A stretch of DNA of 64,000 nt from Lama glama (taxonomy: Eukaryota): NCBI GenBank assembly GCA_028534125.1, contig CM052817.1, positions 39,558,001 through 39,622,000 of the forward strand, in the 5' to 3' direction. The position numbers were made by a program, and so were the translations under genes. Each line of letters opens with the position of its first letter. Within the stretch, counting starts at the first letter, position 1. Positions 25,100 to 39,103 of the stretch are shown here, piece by piece. The notes beneath the pieces are model-generated. The model searched no databases, was not told where the DNA came from, and saw nothing but the letters and a program-made list of their open reading frames with translations.

Positions 25100-28000
25100 T
25101 ATATACGCCTATATGTGTACAGATTCATACACAGTGGCACTGTGATTCACAGATTCACCAGCAATGCATGAAAGAAACTTCTCCCAGAAACTCACCAGCA
25201 CTAGTTTTCACTTTCTAAACTTCTTTCAATTTGATAGGTGCGATATGATGGCTCATTTTTACTCTAATTTGTATCTTCCTTTCTGCTAGGAAGTTTCAGC
25301 ACGTTTTCTATGCTTGTTAGCTGTTTGCATTTGTTCCTCTGTAAACAGTACATCCTTAACTTCTGCCAATTTGTTGTCACTGTATGACTTGTCCTTTTAC
25401 TTGTGAGTTTGAAAGAGATCTTTACATAATATAAATGACAGTTCTTTGCCATCTGTGTTGCAAATATTATTATAAAATCAATCCCTTGTCTGTGGGTACC
25501 TTTCCTAAACATAAATTTTAAATTGGCAAATTTTCTTTTCTAGCTTCTAGGTTTACAGGTAATATTAAGAATATGGTTTTACCTTACTTTCATGCCTAGC
25601 TGTATTGTACATATAAGCCTGTTTTTCACTTTAAAACCTCAGTTTGTTTTAAAATCCTGCCAATCCGGTCAAAAATTCATTGTATTAAAAATATTTCAAC
25701 TCATAGAAGCAAAAACTAGAATGGAGGTGGCCCGAGCTGGAGGCAGGTGGAAATAGGGGGCTATGATTTAAAGGGTATAGTTTCAGTCAATCAGGATGAA
25801 AAATTTCTAGAGATCCACTGCACAAAGATGTGCATATACACTTAAATTTTTGTTAGGAGAGTGAAGTTCATGTTATGTGTTTCTTACCACAATAAAAATA
25901 TATTTTCCCTAATTTTAAGGGGAAAAATAACGATGTCTCTTATTACAATCCAGGAGACACCCAAGTAATTTTCACAGAGAGAAAAATATGCTAATTAAAC
26001 AGTGAAAATAGGAATAAGTAAATAATATATATATACATGTTTTAGACTCTGTTCTTTTCTTTCTTTCCCATTGTCTTCACCAATTTTTAAACGTTTTACG
26101 AAGGTTCACGGTTATCTTGTATTCAAACTGCCAGAAAATTACCTTTAGATTAACATAAAAGGAAAGCAAGAACATTTCAAAATGTGGACAGAGTCAATGT
26201 GCAGAACAGACTGAAATATGTAGACAATACTGCCTCCTCCCCTCCTCTTCTGATGGGTGTATGCAAGGCAAACTATTTTGGGTTCACCCAAACAAGACAG
26301 ATGGTTCAAATCTATTACACATCATCATGCTCTCTCTGACCGAAACTATTGTGTCAGGTAAATGGTGTGTCTTCGCTTGAAGCCATAATGTTGAAATATT
26401 CACCTCTTTTAGTCCATTTATTTGTATGTTTTGGGGTGAGAAAGCCATCTGAAAAGTGGTGCAACATTTGAAGGGCTATTACGGCTAAGTTGTACAGACG
26501 CTGTAAGAGGGAACTCTGTATTCCACTAGGTGTTCTTGAAGAGCTTTAATTATTTTATGCTGTACATTTATGTCTTTATCAGGAATTTATTTTTATATAT
26601 GGCATAAGAAAATTCAATTTTATTCCAATTTTATTCTAGTTGAGCTAGCATCATTTATTAAACATCCTATTTATTTTAGGTATTAAATATATATTAAGTT
26701 TTTATATGGAGTCATATCTAGATCTGTATTCTCAATTCTGTTTCACAAATCTTTTTATCTATTCCTATGACAAAATCATATCTATTAGAGTGATTTTTTA
26801 GTATGTTCTAATATCTATTAATACTTCTCCCCCTCACTATTCTTTTATTATATTTTTTATTTTTTAATTTTGTCTGTTCTCAGAAATCTATTCTTCTACA
26901 TAAAATTTTTAATAATTTTATATCCAATTCTCATACCTTATGGAAAATCTGCTATGATGTTTAGGGGAGTTGCATTAAATGTACATGTCAATTTTGTGAG
27001 AATAAGAAGGTATGACATTAAATTTTCCAACCAAGTACATGAGAAATCTTCCAGTTTGCTCAGATCTTGTTCTATGGCCTACCATGTTTTTTTACAGTCT
27101 ACTTAAAACAGGTCCTGGCCTTACTTGTTAAATATGTTCCCTAATACTTCCTTGTTCTAGTTACTATCATAAATTAATTGTTGGTTTTAAGTTTTAATTT
27201 TTAGATAGAGAAAAACTTGATTTCTGTAAATTTGTCTTATATCCAGTCAATTTACAAAATTATCCTATTAACCCAATACATCATTTTACTAGAGTTTCTT
27301 AGACTCTCTGGGTACATCTTTATACTAACAAAAAGAGTTAATTCTATTTATTTTTAATGTTTACTGCAATTATTTTATTATTCTTCTCTTACCGCATTAC
27401 CTAAACTCTTCAGGATTGAATTGTGTGAGACTGATTGTCAGCACTAATTTCACTAATTTTAATTGAAGTGGTTTTAATGTTCAGAATAATAGCTGCTTTT
27501 TAAAAGCAAGTAGCCTTTGTTGCATTAGGTAGTTTCCTACTATTTTTATTTTATTTAGTGTTTTTATTAAGAATTTGTGCATAATTTTATCAAATGCCTG
27601 TCAGTGTTGACTTACAGAATTTTCTCATAATTAATTAGTGTATTACATATTAAGATTTTTCTAATATTGAACTAGCCTCACATTCTAGAAATAAACATGT
27701 AAAAATCTATTCACATTTTATTTAGAAGTTCATCTTCTAGATTTTCACAAGAGATTAGTCTATAGTCATCTTTCATAATCTATCAGATTTTGATATTTAA
27801 AAAGTTATTCTGGCTTTACACATTTCATTGGGCTTACCAGTCATTTCTATAGCTTGGAATAAGTTCAATAACACAAGTATCATCTGTTCCTTAAGGTGAG
27901 ATATAACTCAGCTGGAACTCATCTTGTCCTGGTAGCTTTTTTTACGTTAAGTCTTTTCTCAGTTATCAATATCCCCCAGATTTATCGGACAACTCAAGTG

Positions 28001-28440
28001 TTCCACTTCTTCCTGAATCAATTTTTGTGATTTATATTTTGCTAGGAAATGCCTAGATTTTCAAACTTACTGTCATGAAATTGAATGCAGTGTTCTCTGG
28101 TACCACTTTACACGCACCTATGTGTGTGTTCAGGTCACCTCTCTCGCTTATGGCATTGCATATACCTGCTTGTAGTCTTTTATCCTTAATCACTCTCAAA
28201 AAAGTTTATCAACTTCATTGGTCTCATCAAAGAATCAGGTATTTGAATTTCCTATATTTTCTTCTTTTTTTGTTCATTTGTCTTGTTTTCTATTTTATCT
28301 TTTATCTTCTTCCCAGTTCCCTTTGAGTTTTTTGGGGTTTTTTTACCTTGTGAGTACAAAGTTCCTTTGTTTTTCATTCTCTAACAACAAAATTATTTAG
28401 GGTTATAAAGTTTCTTCTTAGAACAACTTTTCAGTGTTGC
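25100..28440 (-). mobile_element. Ancient L1M (L1ME/L1M5-like) antisense fragments, interrupted
   Basis: T-rich antisense L1 sequence at ~25100-25570 ('tcaccagcaatgcatga', 'tgccatctgtgttgcaaatatt') and ~26540-28440 ('gttgcattaaatgtacatgtcaattttg', 'attttatcaaatgcc', 'tttgctaggaaat'). Confidence 0.7.
25690..25880 (+). mobile_element. L1MA/MB-type 3' end fragment
   Basis: 'caactcatagaagc...tagaatggaggtggcc...aaagggtatagtttcagt...ttctagagatc...ttcttaccacaataaaaa'. Confidence 0.8.
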
Positions 28441-29824
28441 TAAGTTTTGATTAAAGATGATTACGGCCCCAGTCTTCTAGATAGTCAAAGACAAATTACT
28501 ATGATCACATATGTCAAAATACATAGACAAACTGAGATTCAAAACTAAGACGCATTAAAACATTTAAAATATTGTGCAGTAAAGGATAAGGGCATTTTCT
28601 GAGGGGAGACTATATATGCAACGGGAGCCAAGGTCAGCAGTAATTGTCATAGTGACTGTCTATCTAACACCCTCTCATACTGCGCCACAATTCTACAGTC
28701 GTACAAGTACACTACCAGTACAAGGCTGGTTTTCAAACTGGCCTATTGGAACGGAAAATAAAATCTTCTTAGCATAATCATGAGAGTATTGACTAAAAGT
28801 TCATTCAATAGGCAGAAATATGGCTAAGTGATCGAAGCACTGTCTTTGTCAGCTCCAGCTTCCATGACAAAATACCATGGTAATTATATTTTTCAAAAGA
28901 TAAGATGAAATTCAGAAATACCAACATTTGTTGAAGTAGAAAACAAACACTAGTGTGGTGTTCTTGAATGTGGAGGACCATTCCATGGCTAACAAGTGAT
29001 AAACCATCTTTAAGCTCCTCTTTTCAATTCAGTTCATATAACCACCTACAGATTTATATTAAATCTTCCTGGCAAGCTTAGAAGAGCAGAAGGGTGGAGA
29101 AAAAAAATGTATTTTGTATGGTCTGCCTCCAGAAGCTACAGAGTTACAGAAATTCTATTCACAGTGGGGAACTGTGAAAGCCTTTTGAGAAGTATGTTTG
29201 TACTGCCCTTGCAAAAAGTAAAAAGTAAGATCCCTAACCTGTGGTTCCTCTCCACACTCTCGAGGTGAAAGGCGCCTGCCCTGTCTCTGATTATGACATT
29301 TAAGCCTGGAGGGCTGGCTGCAGGATTCTATGCATCATTTAGTACTTTGATGCTGAACCGAATTCAGAGAAAAAAAAATTGTCTCTGCCAGTCTGGGGTT
29401 GCTACTGACAAGGAGGAATATTGATTGGGGTGATGACAGAGTCCTCCTGGTTCAACTCCTCCTACCGGGAGGCTCTACCCAAGTCTTTCTAAATCACGAT
29501 TACCTTCTGTGCTGCTCAAGACTCTGCCTCAACCAGGTCAGATAAAAGAACAAAAAGTTTTCCTAAAACCAAACCTGGAATGTGAGTGGGTAAGTGATAG
29601 TGTTTGTTCACACGCGTCCTTTCACTTTCTGAGCTCATAAAAGAACCCTCTACTCTGATGGTCTAGTGCTGCTTGAAGCAGGAGAGTTTGCAGCGAGGCT
29701 CCAGTCTGGCTTTTGTGACATCGCAGCACCAGGCTTTATTATCACACTGCATGACCGGTCACACTGAGTTTTGCGTTAGACAATCTGGACTTTGCTATCA
29801 TTTAAAGATTCATCCAAGTAAACT

Positions 29825-30025
29825 TAAACCAGGTTCCCTAGATTCAAATCCTGGATCTCCTTATTTGTTCAGCAAGTTACTTAACCTGACTGTGTTTCAG
29901 TTTGCCCTGCTTTAAAATGAGGATAAAATATAATTCACTTAATGGGTTTGTTGTGACAATTAAGCACTTAGAACAGTGCCTACCTAGCCCATAGTGTAAC
30001 TGGGTATGTGTTAGCTATTATTACT
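29825..30025 (+). mobile_element. MIR SINE
   Basis: 'gattcaaatcctgg...agcaagttacttaacctgactgtgtttcagttt...aaaatgaggataa...aagcacttagaacagtgcct'. Confidence 0.85.
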
Positions 30026-30304
30026 GCTTCACCATGCTAAGTATCTCCTCTAATAAACAGAACCTCAGCCCATTAGTAGTGCCTAGATGAAAAAAGGTAA
30101 AAGTTCTGCAATCCAGTACATTTACTAAATTCCTATACCCATCCTTTTAATATATTTTAATAATTTGTAAATGTTGAACAAAATTTCAATGAAAACTCAA
30201 TTTACATAGTTAATTTATATGTCAGATTCCTGATTTTTTTTTTACTGGAAAATAGTGTTCAAAAAACAATTACAGTTGCTTTGGTAGGCACTGGTTTAGG
30301 GATG

Positions 30305-30342
30305 ATGTATGTATGTATGTATGTATGTATGTATGTATGTAT
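30305..30342. repeat. (ATGT)9 tetranucleotide microsatellite
   Basis: Perfect atgt run visible in the sequence. Confidence 0.97.
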
Positions 30343-31258
30343 TAAAGTACAATAAAGTAAAATCACCCATACTCACGTCCATAATCCCCCCACCAACTCT
30401 AAGATCTTTGTAATCCCTTTTAAAAGTCTGGTGTGAATTCTTTCTAAATTTTTACCTGTATTTTTAACAGACACAGTTATACACATGCTTGTGTGCGTGT
30501 GTGTGCGCGCACACATACACACAACGTACACACAGTATGTAGAATCTATTTACAATACAAGATCATGTTGAACTTATTAGTTTGCAATTTGTTCTTTTCC
30601 TTTAACAGTTATGTCCTGGATCTCATTCTGTGTCAGGACATACAGATCCACCTCATCCTCTTTAATGACTGCCTACTAATTCATTATATAAATATACCAA
30701 AATCTACTTAAACATTTCCCTTCTGACACACACTTAAGTTGTTTCTAATTTTTTTCTATTATAGGCAGTGCTACAATAAACATTATTCTGTACAGATCAT
30801 TGTTTGACTGTTATTTAAGTAAGTTGCAACCTCTGAACACATAGCAACTACAGGCAAGGAAGATAGCCCACAGGTAAGAAAGGAGATGACATGTATGTTG
30901 CATTAAATTATACTCTAAAAGGAATTAGGACATTCACCTGTAGTTCAATTAATTTCTCCTTTAATTCTTTCATCTCCATTCTACATCCTTAAAAGATACA
31001 ACTTTATGATAAATATTTTAATGTTTGTTGACAATATCCACAATTTGCAATGACCTAAGAATTACCTCAAGATAGGCTACTTAATTTGATCTGTGTTATA
31101 CTTGAAATTTACAAAGAAACGAGCTGTGTTTATCAGGGATTTTTTCTCAAACTGGAAATGTGTTATTAATTTTGATTAAAATAAAAGGAAAACAAGATTT
31201 TTGCCCAAAATTACAACACCAAAGAGCATAAAAGTAGAAAGTGTAAATCTCTCTAATC

Positions 31259-31436
31259 CTGGGTTTTTAAAACTTGGCACTATTGGCACAATAAGGATTG
31301 TCCTGTGTGTCACAGAATGTTTAGCAGCATCCCTGTCTCAACCCACCACAGGCCAGTAGCACCACCATCAGTTCTGACAAAAACACACAGGTCTCCAGAC
31401 ATTGCCAAACAGAATTGTCCCTAGTTGAATATCAAT
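31259..31436 (-). mobile_element. MER20 MITE (degraded)
   Basis: 'gaatgtttagcagcatccctg...gccagtagcacc...gtctccagacattgccaaa'. Confidence 0.8.
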
Positions 31437-31734
31437 GTCATCCTGCCTCTCAGAGAAAACTCTGTTAACAGTTTGGTAAATGACCATCCAGATTTTTAAT
31501 GCAAATAAAATCTTCTTTTATACAACTGGGAACTCTCTATACAGGTGATCTTTAAAACTTTCTCTTTTCACTTAACAGTATATCATGGGCACCTCTCCAT
31601 GTCAATAGTCATAGACTTACGTATCTTATCCTTCTAACAGGTACATTTAATTTTCACTGTATGAATTCACCATGGTCATCTATTAATGGACATTCCAGTT
31701 ACTTGTTTAAAATTTTCAATTGAAAGTAATGCTA

Positions 31735-31865
31735 GGGGGTGGGGAGGGTATAGCTCAGTCGTAGAGTACGTGTTTAGTTAGCATGCATGAGGTCCTGGGT
31801 TCAATCCCTAGTACCTCCATTAAAACATAAGTAAATAAACTTAATTACTTCCCCCCAGAAAAAAA
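31735..31865 (+). mobile_element. tRNA-Ala-derived SINE (Vic-1 type)
   Basis: 'ggggagggtatagctcagtcgtagag...ggtcctgggttcaatccctagtacctcca' plus tail. Imperfect TSD gaaagtaatgct (31722-31733) / gaaagcaaagct (31866-31877). Confidence 0.92.
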
Positions 31866-33119
31866 GAAAGCAAAGCTGCAATAAATCCACCTATACTCAT
31901 GTCTCTGCATACTTCTATTATTTCCTTAGGAATTGCCAGGTCCAAGAGCACACACGTTTTTTAATATCATATTTTTACAATAATTTTTTCAATATATTTT
32001 TCATATAAGACAACTGGTAAATTGACCTGGGACATGCGTTTAGCCAGCTCTTCCCTAAAGAAACAAAGACACCCTTTCTTCTCTTGCATATGGACATGCA
32101 TTTTTCCTAGGTTGGGGGGTGATAGACCATCCTTTGCCCTATTTTTAGTTGACTTAAAGCTTTGATCAAGACAACAAAACCTTTTTCTTTTGAAGATAAA
32201 AACTGTGTGCTAAAGCAGATCAACTCATGCATGGCAGAGTGATGATAAAAACAGTTTTGGCTGAGAGAGAATAGTTATTGATGAGCTACAGGGAGAGGAA
32301 CACCTTGGTCTTATTCCTCACCTTGTCAGAAGGGACAGCCAAGTTGTGAGGTTAAATTGAAGTTGGTAAATACACAATTATTCAGCTTGTGTCTTGGTAA
32401 TAAATGTGCCTCTAGGCAGTGAACCCGCCAGTCCTCAGAGTACCACTTTGCTGATTAAGGAGATAAAAAGAGGATATTGTGGAAAGGGTCGTTTCAAGAG
32501 TAATGAATCCTTATTCTGTCACTGTACTTTGCCGACAGGGAAAAGAAGTTTAACAGGGACACGGCATCCTGGAATATCCAGGTGGCAACATGGAGCAGGA
32601 CAAATCAGAGATGACTATTTCTAGGCCATGAAAAAACAGCAGAATCTCTGATGGCTGAGAAATGACTATACTGGTGAATTAAGTACATCTCAGGGAGAGG
32701 CCTTATTAAATTAGCCTAATACCTTATTGCATGATCAATAACAATGTATTTATTTTGTACTATGGCCTTGAGTGACTTTTCATTAGGAATTTAAATGACC
32801 TTAGAAAGCTACTGAGTATCAATTCAGAATACTTTCAGAAGATATTAGCCTGGCCTTAGAGCAAAAGATGAGTGAAAATGCGGCTCATTATTTAAGTCAG
32901 AAAGAGAATGTCAAAAAACATTTTGCCTTGGCATTGAGGGAGGTAGCTCAAGTTATTTATCCAGCCTAACGACACTGTTTTGTAGCTTTTGATTCCTGGT
33001 TACACAATGACATAGATGAAAAAAGACAGTGCTTTGCAGTCCCAGCATATTAACCTAGATGACTGTTGAGCTACAGAAGGTTGTGAGATTGGGAAAGACA
33101 GAGATGTTGTCTGCCAGGA

Positions 33120-33800
33120 TTCTGTAACGTATCCTGTCAGTGATCCGCCCATGCTCCCTATGATTTCTTTGCTATCTTCAAGCTCATGGACTTTCACTGA
33201 CTTTTCACTCCCAGCAGCCAGCACCTGCAGCCCTCAAACTACCAGAAAGGTTTCATGGTACCTTAAGTGTCCATCCTGGTGGTAGCCCTGAACAAGTGAT
33301 TGACAGGTGTAGACCAGAGTTTCTCAACCTCAGCACAACTGACACTTGGGGCCAGATAATTAATTATGGTGGGGGGTGTCGGGAGGGTTAGGGGAGAGGG
33401 ATCTAGCCTGTGCACTGTAGGATGCTTAGCAATATCCCTGACCTCTATCCACTGGGTACCAGTATCACACTTCTCCCAGTGTGGCAATCAAATATGTCTC
33501 CAGATGTTGTCAAATGTTCCCTAGGGGATGAATCATCTCAGGTTGAAAACCAGATTTAGAAGCATAAACATCAAAACTCCCTTGCTCTAATCAGACCATT
33601 CTCAGATGCGACCAATGCTGGCTTTGAGGCCCTTGAGGGATTAGACCCCCTCTGGAACTTTGCTCCCAGCGTCTTGCTCAACCTCCCTTCCTTCAAGCTC
33701 CAACTTCCCAAAACCCCGTTTAGTTCTCCCTGGAACACTTCCCAATATTCACACAGATCTTTGTCTCAGTATCTGTTTGAGGATGACAACCTAAGGTGGA
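33120..33800 (+). mobile_element. ERVL solo LTR (LTR16-like) interrupted by MER20
   Basis: 'cccagcagccagcacctgcag' and the 3' end 'tctccctggaacacttccc...tctttgtctcagtatctgtt...caacctaag'. Confidence 0.65.
33316..33553 (-). mobile_element. MER20 MITE
   Basis: 'cagagtttctcaacctcagcacaactgaca...ctgtgcactgtaggatgcttagca...atgtctccagatgttgtcaaatgttccctagggg...ggttgaaaacc'. Confidence 0.9.
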
Positions 33801-36800
33801 CTCAATTGAGATGCTAAATAGATGGTCAGAGAGTTAGATGACACTATTTTGAATACCTTTGCTGGCCCTCTTACTGTCCTCTCTTCTTTACTGTCCTCAC
33901 ATCCTTCACTGGATGTGCCAATTCCTACTTGGTCTACTTAAAAAAGGAGGAGGGAAAAAATACTGTTATTTCCAATGCATTTTTTTCCTCTGTATATACT
34001 GACATTCTAATACCATTCTCTTCCATTCTCTCTCTCTCTCTCCCTTTCTCTGTCTCCTACAAACATGTTCTCCTTAGCCTAGGCAAGCATTTTTTTTGTT
34101 TTCCTCACTTCCCCTTTAAAGCGCCTTTAAAGCAGCAAGATGACTTTTCTCTGGCCTCTGTGGCCTCCCACTTATTTCCAAATCTTTTTCTCTTCAGTCG
34201 TTCACCAGCCTAATCTCCACCCCCACCTTCCTTGGAGTGCTAGAGGTACTCCCCAGTCTTTTTCTCTTCCTTTAACTACTTTTAATATGAATATTTTATC
34301 TAATAGTCATTAACTCTCTCTGGGTATCAGGTTTTTAAATCTTTACCTGTTATCATTTTTCACTTACTTTTTCCCACCAAGTTTCAATATGGTTAAGAGA
34401 ATAAAAAGGGAGAAAGTCCAGGAAAGTCTGGATAAGCCCAAGCAGTCTGAGATGTGAAATCTAGTCACACATATTCTAGGAGGAGAAAATAAATCAGGAG
34501 GAAACCAGTACTGGGCCAGCGTGCGGCTGCTCTAAAAGAGAAAGCAGTGTTGTGAGCACCTCGTTCCTGGCTGCAGCTTTCCTGTAAATCCCTGTTTACT
34601 ACTCCAGACTTTAGAATGATATCTTGAATGCCACTAATCTGGTGCTTTTTATTTTTACAAGTGGCCTTAAGATACATCTCAAAATGAAGATAAAAATAAA
34701 AATGATCCCCTTCTGATGACCCTGCTCAGCCAAACGAATAAAATCAATAAAAATGCAATTAATTTGGATTCATTTGGACTGAAGAATCAAGAGACAAAAT
34801 AAGGAAGCATATTTGCCAGAGTATGTGATGTAGCTTTTGGCCAGAAATTCTGCTTCCGAAAGCATCCACCTCAGATATAGCGGCAGTAATAAACTCCCTG
34901 TGTCTTACATACCCATAAATCCTTGCACCAACCAAGATTTCAATGGTCTCTTCTCTTCAGCCCACACATAAAGCATTCCAGACACTAATTTAGAATATTA
35001 ATTAAATCTCAGAAAATTGCATTGGGATCTCTGAAACTATTCTATAACCTGTATAACTATTTTTTTAAAAAAATGAATTATCTACTTCAAAGAAATTCCT
35101 CTTAATGTGACCTTTCTCAAAGAAAATGTAATAAAATGCCCCCTTTCCAAAATAATGATGATGCATTAGGAGGAGTTAACTTAGACTAGAACAGCCACCA
35201 CAACTATATGTGATCAACTATAAATGAGGATTTCTAAAGTATTTTTTGCAGGTAGATGAAATAGATGAACATTGATTTTTAAAGGCAAATGTATTTTATA
35301 TCGTAAAACTTTCACAGGTGTATTAAAAGGGCTACAGCACAAATTCAGTATGGTTCACCAGAAGACAAAGGCAACTAGAAGCTGACTTTGAAGGAGGCTG
35401 TGTGACAGTAAGAAGAGAGTGTTGAAGGAGCCAGTGGATGCAGCAGTGGATGGAGATGAAACAGAAAGAAAGTTATGGAGCCCAAGAAAGAAGAAAATAA
35501 GAAGGGAGAGGGCAAAAGAGGCACCGAGATGCCATGTCAGGGGGTATCAGAGAGGGAGCAAAGTCAAGAGACTCCTAAGTCGAAAAGAAAGGGTGAAAGA
35601 AATGCATACCCCCTCTGCTCTCATGGAGAGAGCAGAGTCCATGTTGAATACATGAGAGGGAATTTAATCTAAGCTAGGCAGGTGAGCAGGGAGCCAGGCA
35701 CAGGTGAGAGAACACAGACAGCACTTAGAAGCATCACTTAGCTGTTGAGCCCTCCCAGGGAACCTTATAGAATTTGCTTTCCTAATTCCTGAGAGGAACA
35801 GATCTCTCCAAGCAGGTTGAATCCAATGGTCACAGGATGGACACGGGACCCCCAAGAGAAACCAGAGACTGAGGAAGAGCCTGGGACATAACTATCGACT
35901 AGAAACCCAACCTGTGTTGATTCCTGGGGTGGAAGTTACACAGAACCCTGGAGGTACCACAATAACCCCAGCAAGAATCCACTGTGATGCACAAACACTG
36001 AACAACTAAAGCCTTCATTCACTTAGTCTATAAACATTTATTGAGCTCCTCCTGTGTACCAGTCTCTGGGCTGAGAGCTGAGGCCACAGAGAGGGTGGAT
36101 TCCCTAATGCTAGAGACCTGAGTGCATGGTTCCTGAGTTAATAGATGGCAGTGGGAGTTCTTGCACGGAGCAGCCTGTTTCACTGCAAGGATCCTAAATG
36201 AAATGGGTCACTTCCTACGTATCATTAGAACTTAAAATGAATCAGGCTTAAAACAAATCTCAAAAATAATCAGATCCTCAGATTTGTGGTAACCTAAAAG
36301 GAGTGTAAAGTCATATTTTATGAATAATAATAAGTCTCAAGATTTTGTGTTTTCCTCTAAGTACTAATATTAAGTATGTACATTTTGGAAAGTGCTGCAC
36401 ATTTTTACTCCAACCTATATCTGAATTTATTTATTTCTGGTGGTGAAATCAAGCTACAGTTCCCTTATGAAGGGTAACTACACCACATGAGTTCATGAAT
36501 ATGGCAGAAGGAAAACTCACATAAACTAAACAAAAAAATTCAAAAAGCTGCGGTGAGCAGATTTCATCATCTAATGAATGGAATAGCTCTGGATTTGAAT
36601 TATTTTGTGAGGATAAAAATTAACGATTTTTTCCCTTATGTACTATCATCCTTTTTACAGTGTAGTTATTTCCCCAAAAGTGACTATAAAAACCACATTG
36701 TGTAGTTTGCTATTTATTCTTCCTCATTTACTTCCATATCACATTCCTTCAGTTTACAAATAGCAAAATTATTTTCTGAAAGTCTTTGCACTGCCAGCTC

Positions 36801-37014
36801 CAGCTGGGACCTGAAAAAACACACAATATACTTCCTGTCTCTCATATTATCTGCAGCTAGAGAGCTGAGAACATCCGTTTGCATTTTTTGCTGAGGATGC
36901 TTAAAGAGAGTTTTTCCTTCCACAGATTTCCTGGCTCCAAGCTGCTGATATACCCAAAGCAATATTTTATCAAGAAGATCAAGATACTGAGAGAAGTGCC
37001 CTTTTTTCTTCTTT

Positions 37015-37330
37015 CTTTCTTTCAACATGTATTTATTGAATACAGTATCCCAGGCGCTGTCCTGGGTGCTGGAGATAAAACAATGAATGAAACACAAGCC
37101 CTAATGTGAGAAAGGAAGCAGATAAACAGACTACTAATGGTAGGAATAGAGAAGTATCCACTGCCATAGGGACACGAGGGAGAGACACCCAGCTTTAGCG
37201 TCAGGATGGGCTGCACATAAAAATGATGTCTAAGTTGATACGTGAAGGACAAGAAAGAATTATTCCGGTATCTGGTGGAAGTTAGTGAAGGAAAATGAGT
37301 AGAGAGAGAATGAAATAGGAAATGAATAAA
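37015..37330 (-). mobile_element. L2 3' end (antisense)
   Basis: 'ttcaacatgtatttattgaatac...ccaggcgctgtcctgggtgctggagata...aatgaatgaaacac'. Confidence 0.75.
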
Positions 37331-38181
37331 ACACACAGGACTCAGGGGGACTCAAAATAATGTAATACATGTTAACAACTTCTGATCTTGACTGAAGGCA
37401 ATGTGGGGGTGCATTTGATAGGTAAAAAAATATCATATAAGCAATCTTACTATTTATTTGGTGGCCAATAACAGTGATTTTAAAGCAACTCTTTTCCCCT
37501 AAACTGTACATTGGCTTCTATTTCTGTGATCCATTCTCTTTTTTCCAGTTTTTCTATCCCCTGTTCTTCCTATAGAGGATATAGAAAATAATGCTACAAT
37601 GATAGACGAATAAACAAACAGAGTTCTTAATGCTTTCTGGTAGTGTTAATAAGGAACATAAAATATTTTAATGCTTCCTTCATGACACCAATATAAAATT
37701 TCATTCCAAAAATTGTTACATCTGTGTACATACATAAAATGAAGGAAGGATGGAGACATGGGAATATTTAAGAAGAGTGAATAAAAATTCAAGAAGGCTA
37801 AATCCCAAGAACGTACTGAAACATGCAAAATATACCATAGAAAACAAAGAGGCTGTTTTAGTTTTGGAAGGCAGAGATATAATTCCTGGGATCAATATAA
37901 TAATATTGACAGATGACAAAGAGAAAGCAGAGCTACTCAATATTTATTTTGCTTTTATCTTCTGTGTCAAGGAGAAGGATTGATTGGAGAGGACAGAGCA
38001 AATATTGGGATGAGAGAATTGAAGACCAAGACAAATGGGAAGAACAACAGAGAGCCTTGTTCTAAATGTGTTTGAGTCTCTGCCAGCCATTGTTAGAGGT
38101 CTCTGAGGGGTTGGGTAGAAAACGGGAACAGTGCTGGATGATGGGGAAAGCGGGCTATCTCAGCTTCCAACAAGGAAAGAG

Positions 38182-38346
38182 CAGTGGGTGCCCCCAAACC
38201 ACACCCCAGGAGTTAACAGCTCTGCCTGTGTATCTCTGTCCCCATCCACCTGTGGAAGTATGAACTCCAAGCCGAATTACAGGCACGTAGATTACTTTAA
38301 AATCCTAACCGATAATTCTGATGCAATGCCAGAGTGGGAACTCTGC
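38182..38346. mobile_element. MER5-like MITE inserted in the L3
   Basis: Begins 'cagtgg' and ends '...tttaaaatcc...taattctgatgcaatgccagagtgggaactctg', like the MER5A terminus. It separates contiguous CR1 motifs. Confidence 0.5.
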
Positions 38347-38532
38347 TATAAATCTATAAGCCTGATGTCAACTCCAGCCAAATTTTTAAACATCTTATTC
38401 TGCTTGTTTGAAACACCAGTTTGTGAGCACATGAAAAGTGAATGGGTGATTGTTAAAAGTCAATGCGGGATTAAGAATAGCAAAACATTTCAGACAAATT
38501 GTGTTTTCACTTTAATTGAGAGAAGTTTGTGT

Positions 38533-38815
38533 ATTAGTATCTTCCAAAACCTGTTCCAGTTACACTAGTTCTACCAGATATTAATAGCTATTAATAAGAA
38601 CAAAAAGAAGATTCCACGTTACATAAGCTTGGGAGATTCTGACTTTAACAAAGTTAAACTGATTTATTTATTAGGTTCTCTTGGAGTCTTAAGTAATATA
38701 CTGTGTATCAGATCTCCAGACGGGTTTAATAAGGAGACTCCCAAATACTTATGATCTTTCACCCCATCTTTCTTTGCCTATCTCTTGGAACCAGTGTTTC
38801 TTGAAATATCTACTA
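38533..38815. mobile_element. Old hAT-like non-autonomous DNA element inserted in the L3
   Basis: 'acactagttctaccagatattaatag...ataagcttgggaga...aacaaagttaaac' resembles an old Charlie-type MER. Subfamily not assigned. Confidence 0.5.
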
Positions 38816-38984
38816 CAAAAAAGTATTTTGGTGGATTTGAAACAGCACTTTTCATGCTATCTTTGGGAGAACTATGGAAGAATATTAGCTATTAATTTTA
38901 TAGGTAGTTTATACCTGGTAAAATTATAGAACTTAAGAAGTGTTGATTGGGTGACTATAGTTAACCTAGAGGAAGAACTCGGCT

Positions 38985-39103
38985 ATTCATTTATTTAACC
39001 ATTCATTCATTTATTCAAAAGTATTTATTAAATACCTCATATTTACCAGACACCATACTAGATATCAGAAATGTAACAGTAAGCAAAACAAACATGAATC
39101 TTG
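38985..39103 (-). mobile_element. L2 3' end inserted in the L3
   Basis: 'attcattcatttattcaaaagtatttattaaatacc...ccagacaccatactagat...acagtaagcaaaac'. Confidence 0.75.

Larger units (their letters stand above)
30345..31960 (-). mobile_element. Ancient L1ME-type 3' fragments (antisense; ~30345-30800 and ~31440-31960)
   Basis: 'cacttaagttgtttctaatttttttctattataggcagtgctacaataaacat' and 'ttttcacttaacagtatatcatgg...tattaatggacattccagtt'. Confidence 0.6.

Noticed and set aside
26130..26520. Non-L1 segment between L1M fragments as a possible exon or retrocopy
   Set aside because: The longest frame has a stop and there is no recognisable protein similarity, poly-A or TSD.
38131..38568. 145-aa ORF as a domesticated reverse-transcriptase gene
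   Set aside because: The ORF runs across a MER5-like insertion into a short CR1 RT piece, has a non-ATG start, and the downstream catalytic motif is destroyed. The 'NYRH' motif appears to be a coincidence within the MITE.
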